A stretch of 62,987 nucleotides of DNA, the filler included, from Dimargaris cristalligena (lineage: Eukaryota), in the NCBI GenBank assembly GCA_003614675.1. It is 2 parts of 2 records of this genome, joined end to end, with 100 filler letters (N's around TTAATTAATTAA, not from the genome) between each part and the next. Parts side by side here need not be neighbours in the genome. Positions count along the whole stretch, not along the records: positions 1 to 31,459 come from ML002438.1; 1 more part is not named here. The stretch is one strand, 5' to 3'. The position numbers and the translations under genes were made by a program. The notes beneath the pieces were generated by a model. It made no database searches and had not been told where the DNA came from. It saw only the letters and a list, made by a program, of their open reading frames with translations. Below, piece after piece: positions 12,197 to 23,178 of this stretch (position 1 is its first letter; each line of letters opens with the position of its first letter).

Positions 12197-14242
12197 CTAT
12201 TCGGTAGAGGGCTTGGGCGGCTGGGCGTGCTGCTTCGTAAGGGAGGTGTTGAAGGCTGGGGACGATGAAGTCCGAGTCAATTCGCGGAGGCACATCGTCG
12301 CATAGCAGCTGGACCGCAGGGTGAATTCCACCTGGAGGGCTAGATGTTGGCCCTGGTCCAAAATAGCCGGGACCTCCCGGTTCTGGGCCCGGTCCATATC
12401 AGTGATGCATAGGGGCTGACTGGGGTCTTCGTAGCGGATGAACTTGAAGGTGGCGTCCTCAACCTGGCCCAGGACCCGGCGGTAGGAGCCTGGCAGGGAG
12501 GTATTTTTGACGGCCCGTTTCATTTGGAGGGGGTCCAGCTGGTCCCGCTTCATAAAGTCCACGTAGGCCTGGCCCACGGCGTTGGTGGGATATTTCATGT
12601 CAAACCCGGGTAGGGGAAGGACCAGGTCCGCGATACTATACTGGTTCACGGTGTCCTCCGTTACGACCTCCACCTGCTCATGGGGAGACCGCTTACCTTC
12701 GCTAGCGTCGTTGGGCTTGTCGGAAGCATCAATAGTGCTTGGCACTTCCTCGGAGGGCTGTTCTTTGGACACCACGACCAAATCGCCGGGGACCAGTTGG
12801 CTAGCCCCGTAGAGACGGATGCGCTCGCTGGCCATATGGTTCCACACATAGGACTGGTAGCCATGCAGATAAAGGGAACGCAGGTGGAAGGGAATCGCCT
12901 GAAGGGCGCCGGCGAAGTCCTTGGCGCCCCGTTTGGCCAAATGGAAAAGCACATCGCGTTCCGCCACACAGCGACGGGGAACCCGTTTGAAGATTGCATT
13001 AGCATCCCGGTTCGTTTGCCAAGCCTGGCGTACTTCAGCCATTTCCCCCACTTCCTCCGGCCGCGGCTGCAGGATAAGGTTCACCGCGTTTTCCGCATTG
13101 CCCTGCAAAATCGCCCGACCGATATCGTGCGTGGCCGAACCCGGGGAATTACCGAAGCGCTGCAGACCGAAATAATTAATGAACCCGTTCTGGATCCACT
13201 GGGACACCTCGGGAGTGGCCTGGGCCACGTCCAATTGGAGGTCCCGGAGGGTCACGGTGAACCGGTTACCGTAGAGGTCGCCCAGTTTCAGGAGCCGGGT
13301 CATTCGGTGGAAGTCGCCCACCCGCATGCCCACCAATCGTTTGTTGAGGCCCGCCAGACGTTCGGGATTAGCGCGTTGCACGGTGATGACCTGGGTAGTT
13401 ACGCCGCGCCGGTCTTTGGTACCCGCGGACGTGATATTTTTGGGCTGCAATCCCCCGAGTTTGGCAATCGTTTGGATACTATGCATCGTCTCCTGGTTTT
13501 CCTTGCACAAGTGGAAGGCCACAACTTCCCCTTCGCCGGGCAACTGGTTCAGTTTAGTGTTGGGGCGGGGCTTATTGCGCTGGTCCTTGGATTTGCCGGG
13601 CATAATCACAATTTTACCGGCCTCCGCCCGGCTATGCACGGCCGAATCGAACGTTTTGATGGCCATGTGGAGCTGGGTGCGGGTGGGCTTGTCAAAGTCT
13701 TGGCTTACTACCACTTGATTAATGGTCGAACACGGGTTGCAAAGCATATCTTCGAACTGCCGGTGCTCCTCCTCGTTGAGCCAGGTTTTGAGTAGGTTGA
13801 GCTTGTCCGCAAACTCCAGTTCTACGGATTTCTCGGGGGCAGCCTCCTCTTCCTCCTCCTCCGCTGCTACTGTCGCCTTACCCTCACCCGCCTTCTCCTG
13901 GTCAGGAGTGGGGGCGGGGGGAGAGGGAAGGCCACACGTGTTTAAGCGAATTACCTGGCGATTCAAATCGACCTCCTGAACCACGAAATCGGAAAGGAGG
14001 TGTTTCAGGATCCCGGAACAAGCGGGTCGATCGGCGGGATTGCGGAACAGGGTGATCCCAACGGCATGTTCCGTCGCGAACGGATCAACTGGCTTCCCGT
14101 CTTCCTTCATGGCACCCTGGGCCGAGGCAGTTGCGTCTGGGGTAGGCGAATCGGCCTTTGAACGCTTGGTTTCGCTGCCTTGGGACCCGGGGGTTTCCCC
14201 TGAACGCTTCAGGGAGATCTCGGTAGTATCGGATACGGACAT
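12197..14242 (-). CDS. PUS7: Multisubstrate pseudouridine synthase, TruD/Pus7 family (~681 aa, intronless)
   Basis: Motifs GILKHLLSDFVVQE, AGTKDRRGVT (catalytic Asp), LGDLYGNRF, FINYFGLQRFG, LYLHGYQSYVWN, LPGSYRR and F.L.SSCYATM.LRE; first ATG at 14242. Confidence 0.95.
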   Translation of the reverse strand: MSVSDTTEISLKRSGETPGSQGSETKRSKADSPTPDATASAQGAMKEDGKPVDPFATEHAVGITLFRNPADRPACSGILKHLLSDFVVQEVDLNRQVIRLNTCGLPSPPAPTPDQEKAGEGKATVAAEEEEEEAAPEKSVELEFADKLNLLKTWLNEEEHRQFEDMLCNPCSTINQVVVSQDFDKPTRTQLHMAIKTFDSAVHSRAEAGKIVIMPGKSKDQRNKPRPNTKLNQLPGEGEVVAFHLCKENQETMHSIQTIAKLGGLQPKNITSAGTKDRRGVTTQVITVQRANPERLAGLNKRLVGMRVGDFHRMTRLLKLGDLYGNRFTVTLRDLQLDVAQATPEVSQWIQNGFINYFGLQRFGNSPGSATHDIGRAILQGNAENAVNLILQPRPEEVGEMAEVRQAWQTNRDANAIFKRVPRRCVAERDVLFHLAKRGAKDFAGALQAIPFHLRSLYLHGYQSYVWNHMASERIRLYGASQLVPGDLVVVSKEQPSEEVPSTIDASDKPNDASEGKRSPHEQVEVVTEDTVNQYSIADLVLPLPGFDMKYPTNAVGQAYVDFMKRDQLDPLQMKRAVKNTSLPGSYRRVLGQVEDATFKFIRYEDPSQPLCITDMDRAQNREVPAILDQGQHLALQVEFTLRSSCYATMCLRELTRTSSSPAFNTSLTKQHAQPPKPSTE

Positions 14243-15106
14243 GGCGGAAGAGACGAAATGAACCAAGCAGAGAATACGTGGGAAGTCAAAAAAATAATCA
14301 AAACAACCACTGGTTTTATTGGGAATACAATTCGGGCTAATGTCCAGCTTTAGCTGTTAGGTAGGTGTAGTTCTATTTTTGGGTGCCTAGGAAGGCAAGG
14401 GTCCCTTTAGGCTAATTGGGAAAATATACCCCAAAGGGTACCCGAAAATCTCGATGAAAAAGGCGGATATGGCAATGGAGTTGGGTTGGGTATGTTGTGC
14501 AACGCCAGGTCGATGGTACTACCCTGGACTTTCCTAATCAAAGCGCGGCTGTTTTGAAGAGACATGGCGCCATGTCTTCATTAAATGTCCAACGATACTA
14601 AGGCAGTATGCTTTAGACATAGGTCTGTAATTCATACAAAAAAAGGTAAACCAGTATATACTAATGGAGACTCGATTCAACTATAGCCATACTAGGGCTT
14701 AATGCGCCCTGAGCATTCTACCGGTATTTATTTTCACGAGACTGTTTCACCCAGCCGCCCCAATTTCTCGAATGAAGTGATACGTTGCTGAACACTTTTA
14801 AAAGCAATGTATTTGGTTAAATGGTTGTTTACTCGGGGAGTAGTTTAAAATTTAAATGTAATAGTTGTGGAGGTGCAGAAAAGCATACCGCCTGTTGTGG
14901 ACAGCAATCATGTGTCAATCATATAATAGACGAAGGACAACTAACTATAGTAAGTAAAAAAGGGGGTTCTTTAAAATAGATGTCGTACAAATTATTAGAT
15001 CAGCCAGTCCCTACCCCATTTTAGCAAGCTAGATTGCACAGTGTGGCCAATTTCACTGGCTTTTTGAAAAATACATAAGATAACAAGTGCACTCAAAATT
15101 ATATAT

Positions 15107-15180
15107 GATTTCTTGGTGTAGTTGGTTATCACGTCTGTCTAACACACAGACGGTCGCCGGTTCGAATCCGGCAGAAATCA
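15107..15180 (+). tRNA. tRNA-Val (anticodon AAC), intronless
   Basis: Acceptor stem GATTTCT/AGAAATC, D arm TGGTGTAGTTGGTTATCAC, anticodon arm TCTGT-ctAACac-ACAGA, T arm GCCGG-TTCGAAT-CCGGC; T6 terminator at 15181-15186. Confidence 0.96.
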
Positions 15181-15526
15181 TTTTTTCTTCAATTTTATTC
15201 ACAATCAAATGAATCGTTTGGTCTCTCTTATATTAAGTGGAGTGCTGTGGATCACCTATTAGTGTGCTAAAAATATGGTAAAATTAACCACGCATATACT
15301 CTAACCCTAATCATCATTGTCGTAGAAGTCCAATTTATAGCGCGATTTTGCTGAATGTAAACCTAGTTCATGGGGAATATCTAAACCAATACCTCCGTTG
15401 CAACCTATTATCCGCTGGTCGGGAATTACGGAAGTAGGTTCTGAATTTATTAAGATGGATACACCTGAATGGTAGCAATGAAATCGTAAATACCAGGACA
15501 TTAGGTAGTTATGGACAAAATATAGA

Positions 15527-15668
15527 ATATGGATAAAATTCAAACCAGCTGTATAAGGGTTTACATAATACATGTATGGGTAAATATGTGAGAATAGCTT
15601 TTAACCAGTAATATTGGCCTCACCCAATGAATTTTTCGTTATACAGCCTGAATGAACTTCTCCCATAT
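15527..15668 (+). mobile_element. MITE-like dispersed repeat, copy 3 (full length)
   Basis: ATAT-GGATAAAATTCAAACCAGCTGTATAA ... TTATACAGCCTGAATGAACTTCTCCC-ATAT; matches copies 1, 2 and 4. Confidence 0.75.
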
Positions 15669-16035
15669 TTATAGTTTAGTCGAATTGATGCTGATGCTGT
15701 AGAAGGGGTGGTGGGATGGAAGGCACTGAGCCGGTAAGGCAGCTAGATTACGGGAGGTGTTTGGAGGAGGGAGAGTGGTTAACGGTACCTTTTGTATGGA
15801 ATCCTGAGTGAACATCCGAGCTACACCCCATTCATAAGCCTGGTTACTCCTCCTGGGCCGATTATGCCTTGCATTGTTGATGGCCAGACAACCTGAGGCT
15901 GCCTGAATTGATCAGCCGCCCGACGTCCACCTTGTGTTTCTTGATCTACCCCATTACTTCGGTTCCTGTTTCATTTTATTTAACTCTCCGTCGTCTATTC
16001 TGTTTTGTCCCCGCTGCTAATCCAAAGAACCTGCC

Positions 16036-16464
16036 ATGTTGCATTTACTGGGTGTCAATCTTCCCGATCAGAAGATCCTGAGCGTGGCCCTGACCTACTT
16101 CTATGGCATCGGCCCCAAGACCGCCGAGGGAATTTGCAACCGCCTCTGCATCCACCGCCAATGCAAACTGCAGGAACTATCCGAAACCCAAATCAACGAG
16201 CTGAGCGAAGTGCTCTCCAAAATGACTCTAGAGGCCGATCTGCGTCGCCAGATCAAGGATAATATTATCCGTCTACGCACGATGGGTACCTATCGGGGCC
16301 GCCGCCACCACCTCGGGTTACCCGTACATGGCCAGAATACCCGTAACAATGCCAAAACAGCTCGGAAACTTAACCCTGGCATTCTGCGTCGTCATTACCA
16401 CGTTTTCCCTGACCGTCCGTTTTCGTCTTTAGCTAGTCTATTTGGCGGTTCCCGGTCAATCTAG
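16036..16464 (+). CDS. SWS2: Mitochondrial small-subunit ribosomal protein uS13m (142 aa)
   Basis: S13 motifs ALTYFYGIGPKTA, LEADLRRQIKDNI.RL..MGTYRG.RH..GLPVHGQNTRNNAKTARK; bacterial-type S13 in a nuclear context. Confidence 0.93.
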   Translation: MLHLLGVNLPDQKILSVALTYFYGIGPKTAEGICNRLCIHRQCKLQELSETQINELSEVLSKMTLEADLRRQIKDNIIRLRTMGTYRGRRHHLGLPVHGQNTRNNAKTARKLNPGILRRHYHVFPDRPFSSLASLFGGSRSI

Positions 16465-17163
16465 GTCCTCAAAATGTTTTCACCGTAGTTTGGAACACTC
16501 ATTCTTAGTAGTGCCGATTGTATGTTTCTAATGACAACCAGCGTATGTTCGTTTGTCCAAACATATATATACTGTATCCCCCTTTCATTATCCAATTCAC
16601 TGTCCTGCTTTTTCTTCTTTTTAATAGATTCGATTTTCCCCAATACCATAGTTTGATTTAAATCTGAAATCTTCAATTACAGTGCAGACCTTTTATAACT
16701 AATCGAAATTACATGATAAGCGCATCGTAAGGCCGCGGGTAAGCAGCCATTTTAAATCACCCGTCACAGAGCTAGTATGTATATATTTATATATATGTGT
16801 GTGTAAGGTAAATTCGATCCAACCCTATAAAGAAACAATGGGTTGCGGGTTAAGTTTTTCTGGTTAAATGCAGATACTTCACCTATCCTGTTTGAGATAC
16901 TTTAGTTAATATACTATACGTATTGACCAAATTCTACGCAAATGAGAGCGAGATAATTTTATGCATTGGTAGTTTAGAATAGCTGGTGGTGTAAATATAG
17001 AAATGGTAAATACGACGAGGAAACAAGCAAATAGAGACCATCCGATTAGATTTTATCGGGGTTTGTCTTTCAATGGGGAGAACGGAGTCTGGGATAGTTT
17101 GGGGGTTTTTAAAGGATTAAAGGTCTTGCGCATTTGTAAAGCCTTTCAATAATCCCGGAGCGC

Positions 17164-18216
17164 TTACTTAGTGCGCTTGTAGATTTTGTTCATAAAGTCC
17201 AGGAATACCTGGTGAGGCACTAAGGAGCTGTCGGCTTCGCTGATCAGTTTGGAAATAGTGTTGAAGCTCTCGGCCTCGTAGTCGTGGAACCGTTTCTGGA
17301 TTCCCAGTTCTTCGTAGATGGCCTTGACGATGGCGACATCCTCTGATGTGCGTTTACCGTAGTGCTGGTGAAGTTTCTCGAGCTGGGCGGGGCTAGCGAC
17401 GAGCAGAGCCTGGTTGATGAGCCAAGAGCACTTGTTATCTTGGATATCGGTACCAATCTTGCCGATGAGTTCGGGGGCACCGTAGCAGTCAAGGTAGTCG
17501 TCCTGGATCTGGAAATATTCACCCAGCGGGAGTAAAATGGCTTCGGCCTGCTTGAAGGCACGCTCCTCACTAACCCCCGCTAGGAGCAGGGCCATGGCGA
17601 CGGGCAGGTAGAACGAGTAGTAGGAGGTCTTGTACTTCACGATATAGCGGTATTTGGTCATGGAGAAACGGGTCAGGTCGACCTGGTCCTCGGGGGCGGT
17701 GATGAGGTCGAGGTTCTGGCCCATTTCGGTCTTGAAGGTAATGTCCTGCAGGAGCTCGACCAGGTCAATGTAGAAGGAGTCCTGGCGGAAGTACTTCTTG
17801 ACGATACGGTAGATCATCATTTCGACAATGAAGGCGTCGTTGATGGCGATCATACCAACCTCGGGTTGGCGGTACCAGCAGGGCTGGCCCCGACGGGTGA
17901 TGGAGGAATCCATGATGTCGTCGGAGATGAGGAAGAAGGCCTGCAGAAGTTCAACGCACCAGCCCAGAATGGTGGCCCGTTCCCACTCGGCCTCGGTCAA
18001 CTGGTACGCGGCGTTACCGGTGGCGTTGCAGCGCAAAACGGCAAGGGCGTCGACGACGGACAAGCCGCGGTTCATTTTACCCCCTTGGACATTGTAATCC
18101 AGAGCGCGGCGCACCCAGGCCTTGGACTCGGGCAGAGCCTCGAGTTGGTCGAGGTCCTGAAGTAGGTCGTCAACCAGGCGGGGGAAAAAGTCCACGAACT
18201 GTTGCTTGCTGGTCAT
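17164..18216 (-). CDS. ERG20: Farnesyl diphosphate synthase (350 aa, intronless)
   Basis: GGKMNRG, first aspartate-rich motif QAFFLISDDIMD with aromatic chain-length residues, RRGQPCWY, KT motif, second motif FQIQDDYLD, GKIGTDIQDNKCSW and C-terminal KIYKRTK; ATG at 18216. Confidence 0.96.
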   Translation of the reverse strand: MTSKQQFVDFFPRLVDDLLQDLDQLEALPESKAWVRRALDYNVQGGKMNRGLSVVDALAVLRCNATGNAAYQLTEAEWERATILGWCVELLQAFFLISDDIMDSSITRRGQPCWYRQPEVGMIAINDAFIVEMMIYRIVKKYFRQDSFYIDLVELLQDITFKTEMGQNLDLITAPEDQVDLTRFSMTKYRYIVKYKTSYYSFYLPVAMALLLAGVSEERAFKQAEAILLPLGEYFQIQDDYLDCYGAPELIGKIGTDIQDNKCSWLINQALLVASPAQLEKLHQHYGKRTSEDVAIVKAIYEELGIQKRFHDYEAESFNTISKLISEADSSLVPHQVFLDFMNKIYKRTK

Positions 18217-19502
18217 GGTGAGTGTGAATGGAGGGAGGGAGGGAGGGAGGGAAGAGCGTGGAATTGGTAGCAGTCGAAACAAACAAAACAGTCTCGGTGG
18301 GTATGAACGGGTGATAAGAAGAATTGATAGGAATAAAATCCGATAATTTGGGCGGTGGTGTACTTTATTTCGGTCTACTGAACGGGACTGACTGGGAGTT
18401 CAGCTCGCCACGGGTCAGATTTATATCAAAATAATCGCTGAGGCACTTTAGCACATGCCGCTCAGGGGCAGCGCGCGGGGTACAGGGAATGAGGGGAACT
18501 AAATCAAATCCCTATGAATTCTCTCTTTCTGTCCTTCATTAGGCGAATGAGGCCATTTATTATTCTGGGGCACTTAGTTACTAGCGAGTGGTGCCAGTCA
18601 CCCGCCATGCAGATAAGCCGAGTGGTTGGTTGGACCAGTGTAGTGTATCCACAGCCACAGCCAGCGTACTGAAATGGCATGACGGCCAACCACCAGTCAA
18701 CCAAGCCCGCTGATTGGTTGCTATTCAATAAGCCCCAGGTCAGCCCATACCTCCCAAAATACAACAACATCCCCCCACACACATCCTCAATTACTTTGGC
18801 TGGTAACAGGGGGGGGGGGTCTGCGCGCCTCTGTCAACTGCCAATCAATCATGGCATTGTCCGTTCCCTTTATTCGCACTAGGGCCAGCACCCTTAGTTC
18901 CTACTGACCTGTCGTTAATGGCGGGGGGAGGAGATTAAAACCAACTCTCCGGCATTTAAGATGTGAAATTCCCGAGATTTAAACTCCTGTAATTTCACAT
19001 CGACTTCGAGGCAAACGGCCCAGGCAATCGGCCACTGTAGCTCTGTTGTAACAGGGCTTCTCAGGGACCCCTGGTATGCGTTTGGAGCTTAGCAATCCGA
19101 GTGGATTACCCTCAGTTCCAAGGGGCCTAATAACAATCAGATGCCCCCTTTTGCCCCTTCATGTCAACCCAGCAATATACACAACATTATAGAGCTATCC
19201 TTGAAATGCCAAAAATATATATATCGATCGATATTTTAAACCACTCTACTTACCCTGAATATCACATGACGTCTTGGCGGATCGGAAAATTCCCCTTGAT
19301 CCCCCCACTAGTACAGTTCGCTTAGCTATCAATCGAATTTCAAATCATTTACTACTTGACACTAAATGAAGACATGGATAGATAAACACACCCGGTTTAG
19401 GGCATTCTGGTCCAAGGTGGAGGGGGATTATGTAGGTAGAAAATAGGGCTAACTAGAGGCATAGGCCTAACATGGTTCGACAGTGGAAAACAGGCGAGTG
19501 TC

Positions 19503-21089
19503 TTAAAAAGATCCAATCACCTTGGTCACAGCATTACGAATGCCCTGGACAGCCGCTTCGGTTTCCTTCTTGGAATGGGCCGCGGAAACACAGACCCGAA
19601 TACTGGGGTCTGGCACTGACCGTTCTTGGTCCAGGATGTATTTGGCCCGGGTGAGCAGGATGCCCTTGCTCAGAGCCTCGTCCACCACCTGTTGCAGGAC
19701 TTTCTCGAACTCCACACGGGTAGCAATCGGCAGTGGGGTACGGGTGCCCTGAGGCACCTCGGCATCGTCGGAGAGCGGTAGATGGGTACGCGCCCAATTC
19801 CGGTCCAGGCGGAGGTGAATAATCGGGGATGTTCCGTTGGCCCCCTGAAGGGTCACGGCCGGCTGAGAACGAGTCAAAGCCCGGAGCCCCTTGGCCATCA
19901 CTTCGGAGTTGGCCCGCAGGCTCGACATAATGGGCCCTCCGCGGCTATCATTCAAAATCTCCAGGCCATCCAGAGCATACACGGCCAGGATAGCGGGTAG
20001 GGAGGCCGAGAAAACGTAGCCCGAGCCGGACAGGCGCTGGTGTTCAATAAGTTCACTGCGTCCGGCGCAAAAACCACCGGAGGAACCCAGGGCGTTACAC
20101 ATGGATCCGATCAGAATATCGATCTTATCGGTCGAAATGCCGTAGTGGGCCGCCAGGCCCTGACCGCGGGGTCCTAAAACACCAAACGAATAGCTTTCGT
20201 CAAGGATCAGGCGGTACTTGTACTGCTCCTTGAGGCGGACCAGGTCGGGTAAGGGAGCCACGTCGCCAGAGTTGATGTAAAGTCCCTCCGTCACGATAAA
20301 CCGGCGCGTAATAGTACGTTTGGTTTCCTGGTCCTCTTGCCGGATCTCACGCAGAATACGCTCCAGATCTTCCATATCGTTGTGCTTGAAGTAGCGAACC
20401 TGGCTTCGGGTAATCTGGATACCCTTCTGGACCGCAAAGCTGATGCCTTCGTCACAGATGAGCAAATCACCGCGCTTGGAAAAACATGGGATAACACTGA
20501 GGGTAGTGGTCAACCCCTGCGAATAGATAATGGCCTCATCAGCCCCCACGAAGTCGGCAAGTTTACGTTCCAGGTCCATGTGCACATCCAACGTACCGTA
20601 AAAACCGGGCGGGCCGCATGAGCCAACACCGTATTTGCGCAAGGTATGCACCGCCCGTTCCTTTAAATCTTCATTACCCACGAGTCCCAGGAAATTATAG
20701 CTGGCCAGGTTGAGGACGGGGCTCTGAGAGCCCGCCAAGACTGGTTTGGAACTTTGGCCCGAGCTGAGCACAGGGGCGCGGGCAAGCTCCTCTTGCTCCC
20801 AGGCGGTCAGTTCTGGAACTAGAGTTTCGGGAACCCAGTCATCAATGAGTTCGTCGACCTCCTGTTTGTTAAGAGGAATCTCGTGATGGTCGATACGGTA
20901 ACGCTTCTCGAGTAAGTACCACACCACGAATAGAAGCAGGAACACTTCTAGGGCGATGCGGAAAGGGTCATTCTGGTAAGAGTTCTTGATGTAGCGAATC
21001 ACAATCTTGGAACCCGGGAGGAGCGAGGCAGTATCGATTATCTGGGCCCAGGCCCAAGCCAGGGTGGAGGGGGCCGGGGGATTGGACAT
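19503..21089 (-). CDS. LCB1: Serine palmitoyltransferase subunit 1 (528 aa, intronless)
   Basis: SYQNDPFR plus N-terminal TM, ELIDDWVPETLV, NLASYNFLG, YGVGSCGPPGFYGT.DVH and FSASLP. The PLP-lysine position is Asn (GSMCNAL), diagnostic of LCB1 rather than LCB2. Confidence 0.95.
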   Translation of the reverse strand: MSNPPAPSTLAWAWAQIIDTASLLPGSKIVIRYIKNSYQNDPFRIALEVFLLLFVVWYLLEKRYRIDHHEIPLNKQEVDELIDDWVPETLVPELTAWEQEELARAPVLSSGQSSKPVLAGSQSPVLNLASYNFLGLVGNEDLKERAVHTLRKYGVGSCGPPGFYGTLDVHMDLERKLADFVGADEAIIYSQGLTTTLSVIPCFSKRGDLLICDEGISFAVQKGIQITRSQVRYFKHNDMEDLERILREIRQEDQETKRTITRRFIVTEGLYINSGDVAPLPDLVRLKEQYKYRLILDESYSFGVLGPRGQGLAAHYGISTDKIDILIGSMCNALGSSGGFCAGRSELIEHQRLSGSGYVFSASLPAILAVYALDGLEILNDSRGGPIMSSLRANSEVMAKGLRALTRSQPAVTLQGANGTSPIIHLRLDRNWARTHLPLSDDAEVPQGTRTPLPIATRVEFEKVLQQVVDEALSKGILLTRAKYILDQERSVPDPSIRVCVSAAHSKKETEAAVQGIRNAVTKVIGSF

Positions 21090-21993
21090 GGTGGAGGGGT
21101 AGTATATATATGGGCTAAGTGTTAACAATATGAAATGCCCCACGGGTAATAGATGTCAATAACAATAATAATAGTAATGAGTAATGCAAAGGAGCCCGAT
21201 GTATGAAAGGCAGACGGGCGTCAGTCGCTAAAGATGGACAGGGGGGGAAAGGCGGACGGGGGATGATGATGGAGTTAGGGAGAAGCCTTGCTTGGGGAAT
21301 GCTGGGCTGCTGGTGGGTAGATTCAGAAAGCTAGTCCAGTCAAATTAAGTGGCTAGCTTCTAGCTGACGTATACTCTACCAGTACATGGCGATAATCGTA
21401 CCAACTGAGTGATGATCATTCGAGAAGCACATTAATGAATGACTGGTGGAAACAATTGACCGGAATGACCTTTTATAGTTTGAAAAAAATTGACTGGCGC
21501 AAATAAAAGTGAACAAGTGCCTAGAAATTAATTGCAGTATGGCATTTTGAACTCCGCTTGATTGCTAGGGATGGCGTTGAAACTTCCCATACCGTGTGTG
21601 TTTGCTGATCCACCACGGGTGGGCGTAGTTATCAGACATGTATAAGATTTAATGTTGGAATAAACACACTAATCGATAAAAATCGATGGTGAAGAAACAC
21701 GGCCAAGTGAATACGGTGGTGGCTTCGGCATGCGAGGTAAAAGAAATGGAAGATGGTGGGAATGTCCAACCTGACATCCGCAATGGCGATAGTAATACTA
21801 ATGATGGCGGAGAATGGGCATCGAGGCGCAGGATAGTTTATAGGTATAGATGCCGGGTGGATAGCATAAAATGAAGCGATATTAATTTAAAGGGCAAATC
21901 CAGGGAGGCTCAAACAAGTGAAGGGAAGTTTCTGAATAGGAATAACTTCTTCCAATTCGGTTGGGAGAGATGTTGTAACGAACTCATCGATGC

Positions 21994-23178
21994 TTAGGCC
22001 ACCTTCTTGTGTTTGATCGTTAGGCACCAAATGTCTAAATACTGACAGATCTGGTTGATAACCGTCATGGCAAAGTGGAGGTAGACCACTACGGCGTAGG
22101 CCACACAGAAGTAGACGTAGTAGTGTTCCTGAGCCAGGGGGAACAAATGAGGCAAACCCCGTTGGGCCAGATTGGCGTTGACAGCACCGACCAGGATGGG
22201 AATGAACATCATATTGAAGATGGGAAAGGAGGCTTTGGTAACATGGGCCACAATCATCCGACCCACGGTGTAACCGAAACCAAAGGTCACAAACGCAAAG
22301 AATGCTACCAAGTGCTGGGTCAGGAGGCCGGTCGACGCGTCGAGCCAAAGGTACGCCATGGTCGATGCAAATACAAAGGGTAGGAACGATACCAGGACCG
22401 GGAGTATGGGCAGGCGGGCTTGGCGGCGAGCCTCAAACACATTGTGGATGCTGTTGAAGATATTGGGCAGCATCGTAACGAGACCCACTACTACGAAGAA
22501 GTGGTTCAGGGCCCCACTCGGCAGGTGGTCGACCAGGGCCGAGGGCAAAGGAATCATGGTTTTATAATCAATTTGCCACATGCCAGGGCCAAAGTAGCCG
22601 GTGAGGGCATAGAGCACGCACGAGATGACGATGCCTTCAACGGGGCCGCTGAAGTAGCCCAGATAAAGGGTGCCCGTGTGGTACTCCTCCATGGTCGAGA
22701 GGTAGAAGTTGCACAGACCGACCCACACAATACCCACGGTCCACCAGGTCTGGCCCAGCCCGAAAATGGAGGAAGCGATGAGGAGGCTGATGGTGGTGTT
22801 CAGGGAGTCGCAGCCGTGGTCGAACAGTTCACCCAGGGGACCCGACTGGCCGGTTCGCCGGGCCTGCTTACCGTCGATAGCGTCCAGGGACGCATAGATC
22901 CAGAGGCCCAGGCTGTAGCTGTAATAGACCCAGTGGGGCGACGGCTTATCCAGAGTAGGGTCAAAGTACAGTAACGTGGCGAAATTGAGCAGCACGAAGC
23001 CGAAGCCGATAAAGGTGATGAGGTTGGGAGCCATCCACATAGGAAACAGCTTGACCAGGTTGTTCCAGTAATGGCACAGCACATAGCGGCTCAGTAATGA
23101 CTTGTCGATGCCGCTGTATTTGTACTTGTGGAGGTTGGCCAGATCCTCCTCGGGAATGTAGACGGAGCTGAGCCCCAT
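21994..23178 (-). CDS. CPT1: Choline/ethanolamine phosphotransferase, CPT1/EPT1 family (394 aa, intronless)
   Basis: YKYSGIDKSLLS, MAPNLIT, CDP-alcohol phosphotransferase motif DGKQARRTGQSGPLGELFDHGCD, EEYHTG.LYL, multiple TMs and a C-terminal KKxx ER signal (KKVA). CPT1 and EPT1 cannot be distinguished. Confidence 0.92.
   Translation of the reverse strand: MGLSSVYIPEEDLANLHKYKYSGIDKSLLSRYVLCHYWNNLVKLFPMWMAPNLITFIGFGFVLLNFATLLYFDPTLDKPSPHWVYYSYSLGLWIYASLDAIDGKQARRTGQSGPLGELFDHGCDSLNTTISLLIASSIFGLGQTWWTVGIVWVGLCNFYLSTMEEYHTGTLYLGYFSGPVEGIVISCVLYALTGYFGPGMWQIDYKTMIPLPSALVDHLPSGALNHFFVVVGLVTMLPNIFNSIHNVFEARRQARLPILPVLVSFLPFVFASTMAYLWLDASTGLLTQHLVAFFAFVTFGFGYTVGRMIVAHVTKASFPIFNMMFIPILVGAVNANLAQRGLPHLFPLAQEHYYVYFCVAYAVVVYLHFAMTVINQICQYLDIWCLTIKHKKVA

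Noticed and set aside
12680-13795. 371-aa antisense ORF over PUS7 (and similar shadows over ABCC, CPT1 and PPR)
   Set aside because: Shadow ORFs of GC-rich coding sequence; no protein features.
14277-14284. Single CGTGGGAA CSL site near the PUS7 start
   Set aside because: An isolated site is within chance expectation for a 63-kb window.
14560-14577. Perfect 18-bp palindrome AGACATGGCGCCATGTCT (another, GGTTCTATTAATAGAACC, at 7458-7475)
   Set aside because: Unrelated sequences with no further copies; one or two such palindromes in 63 kb is not clearly beyond chance.
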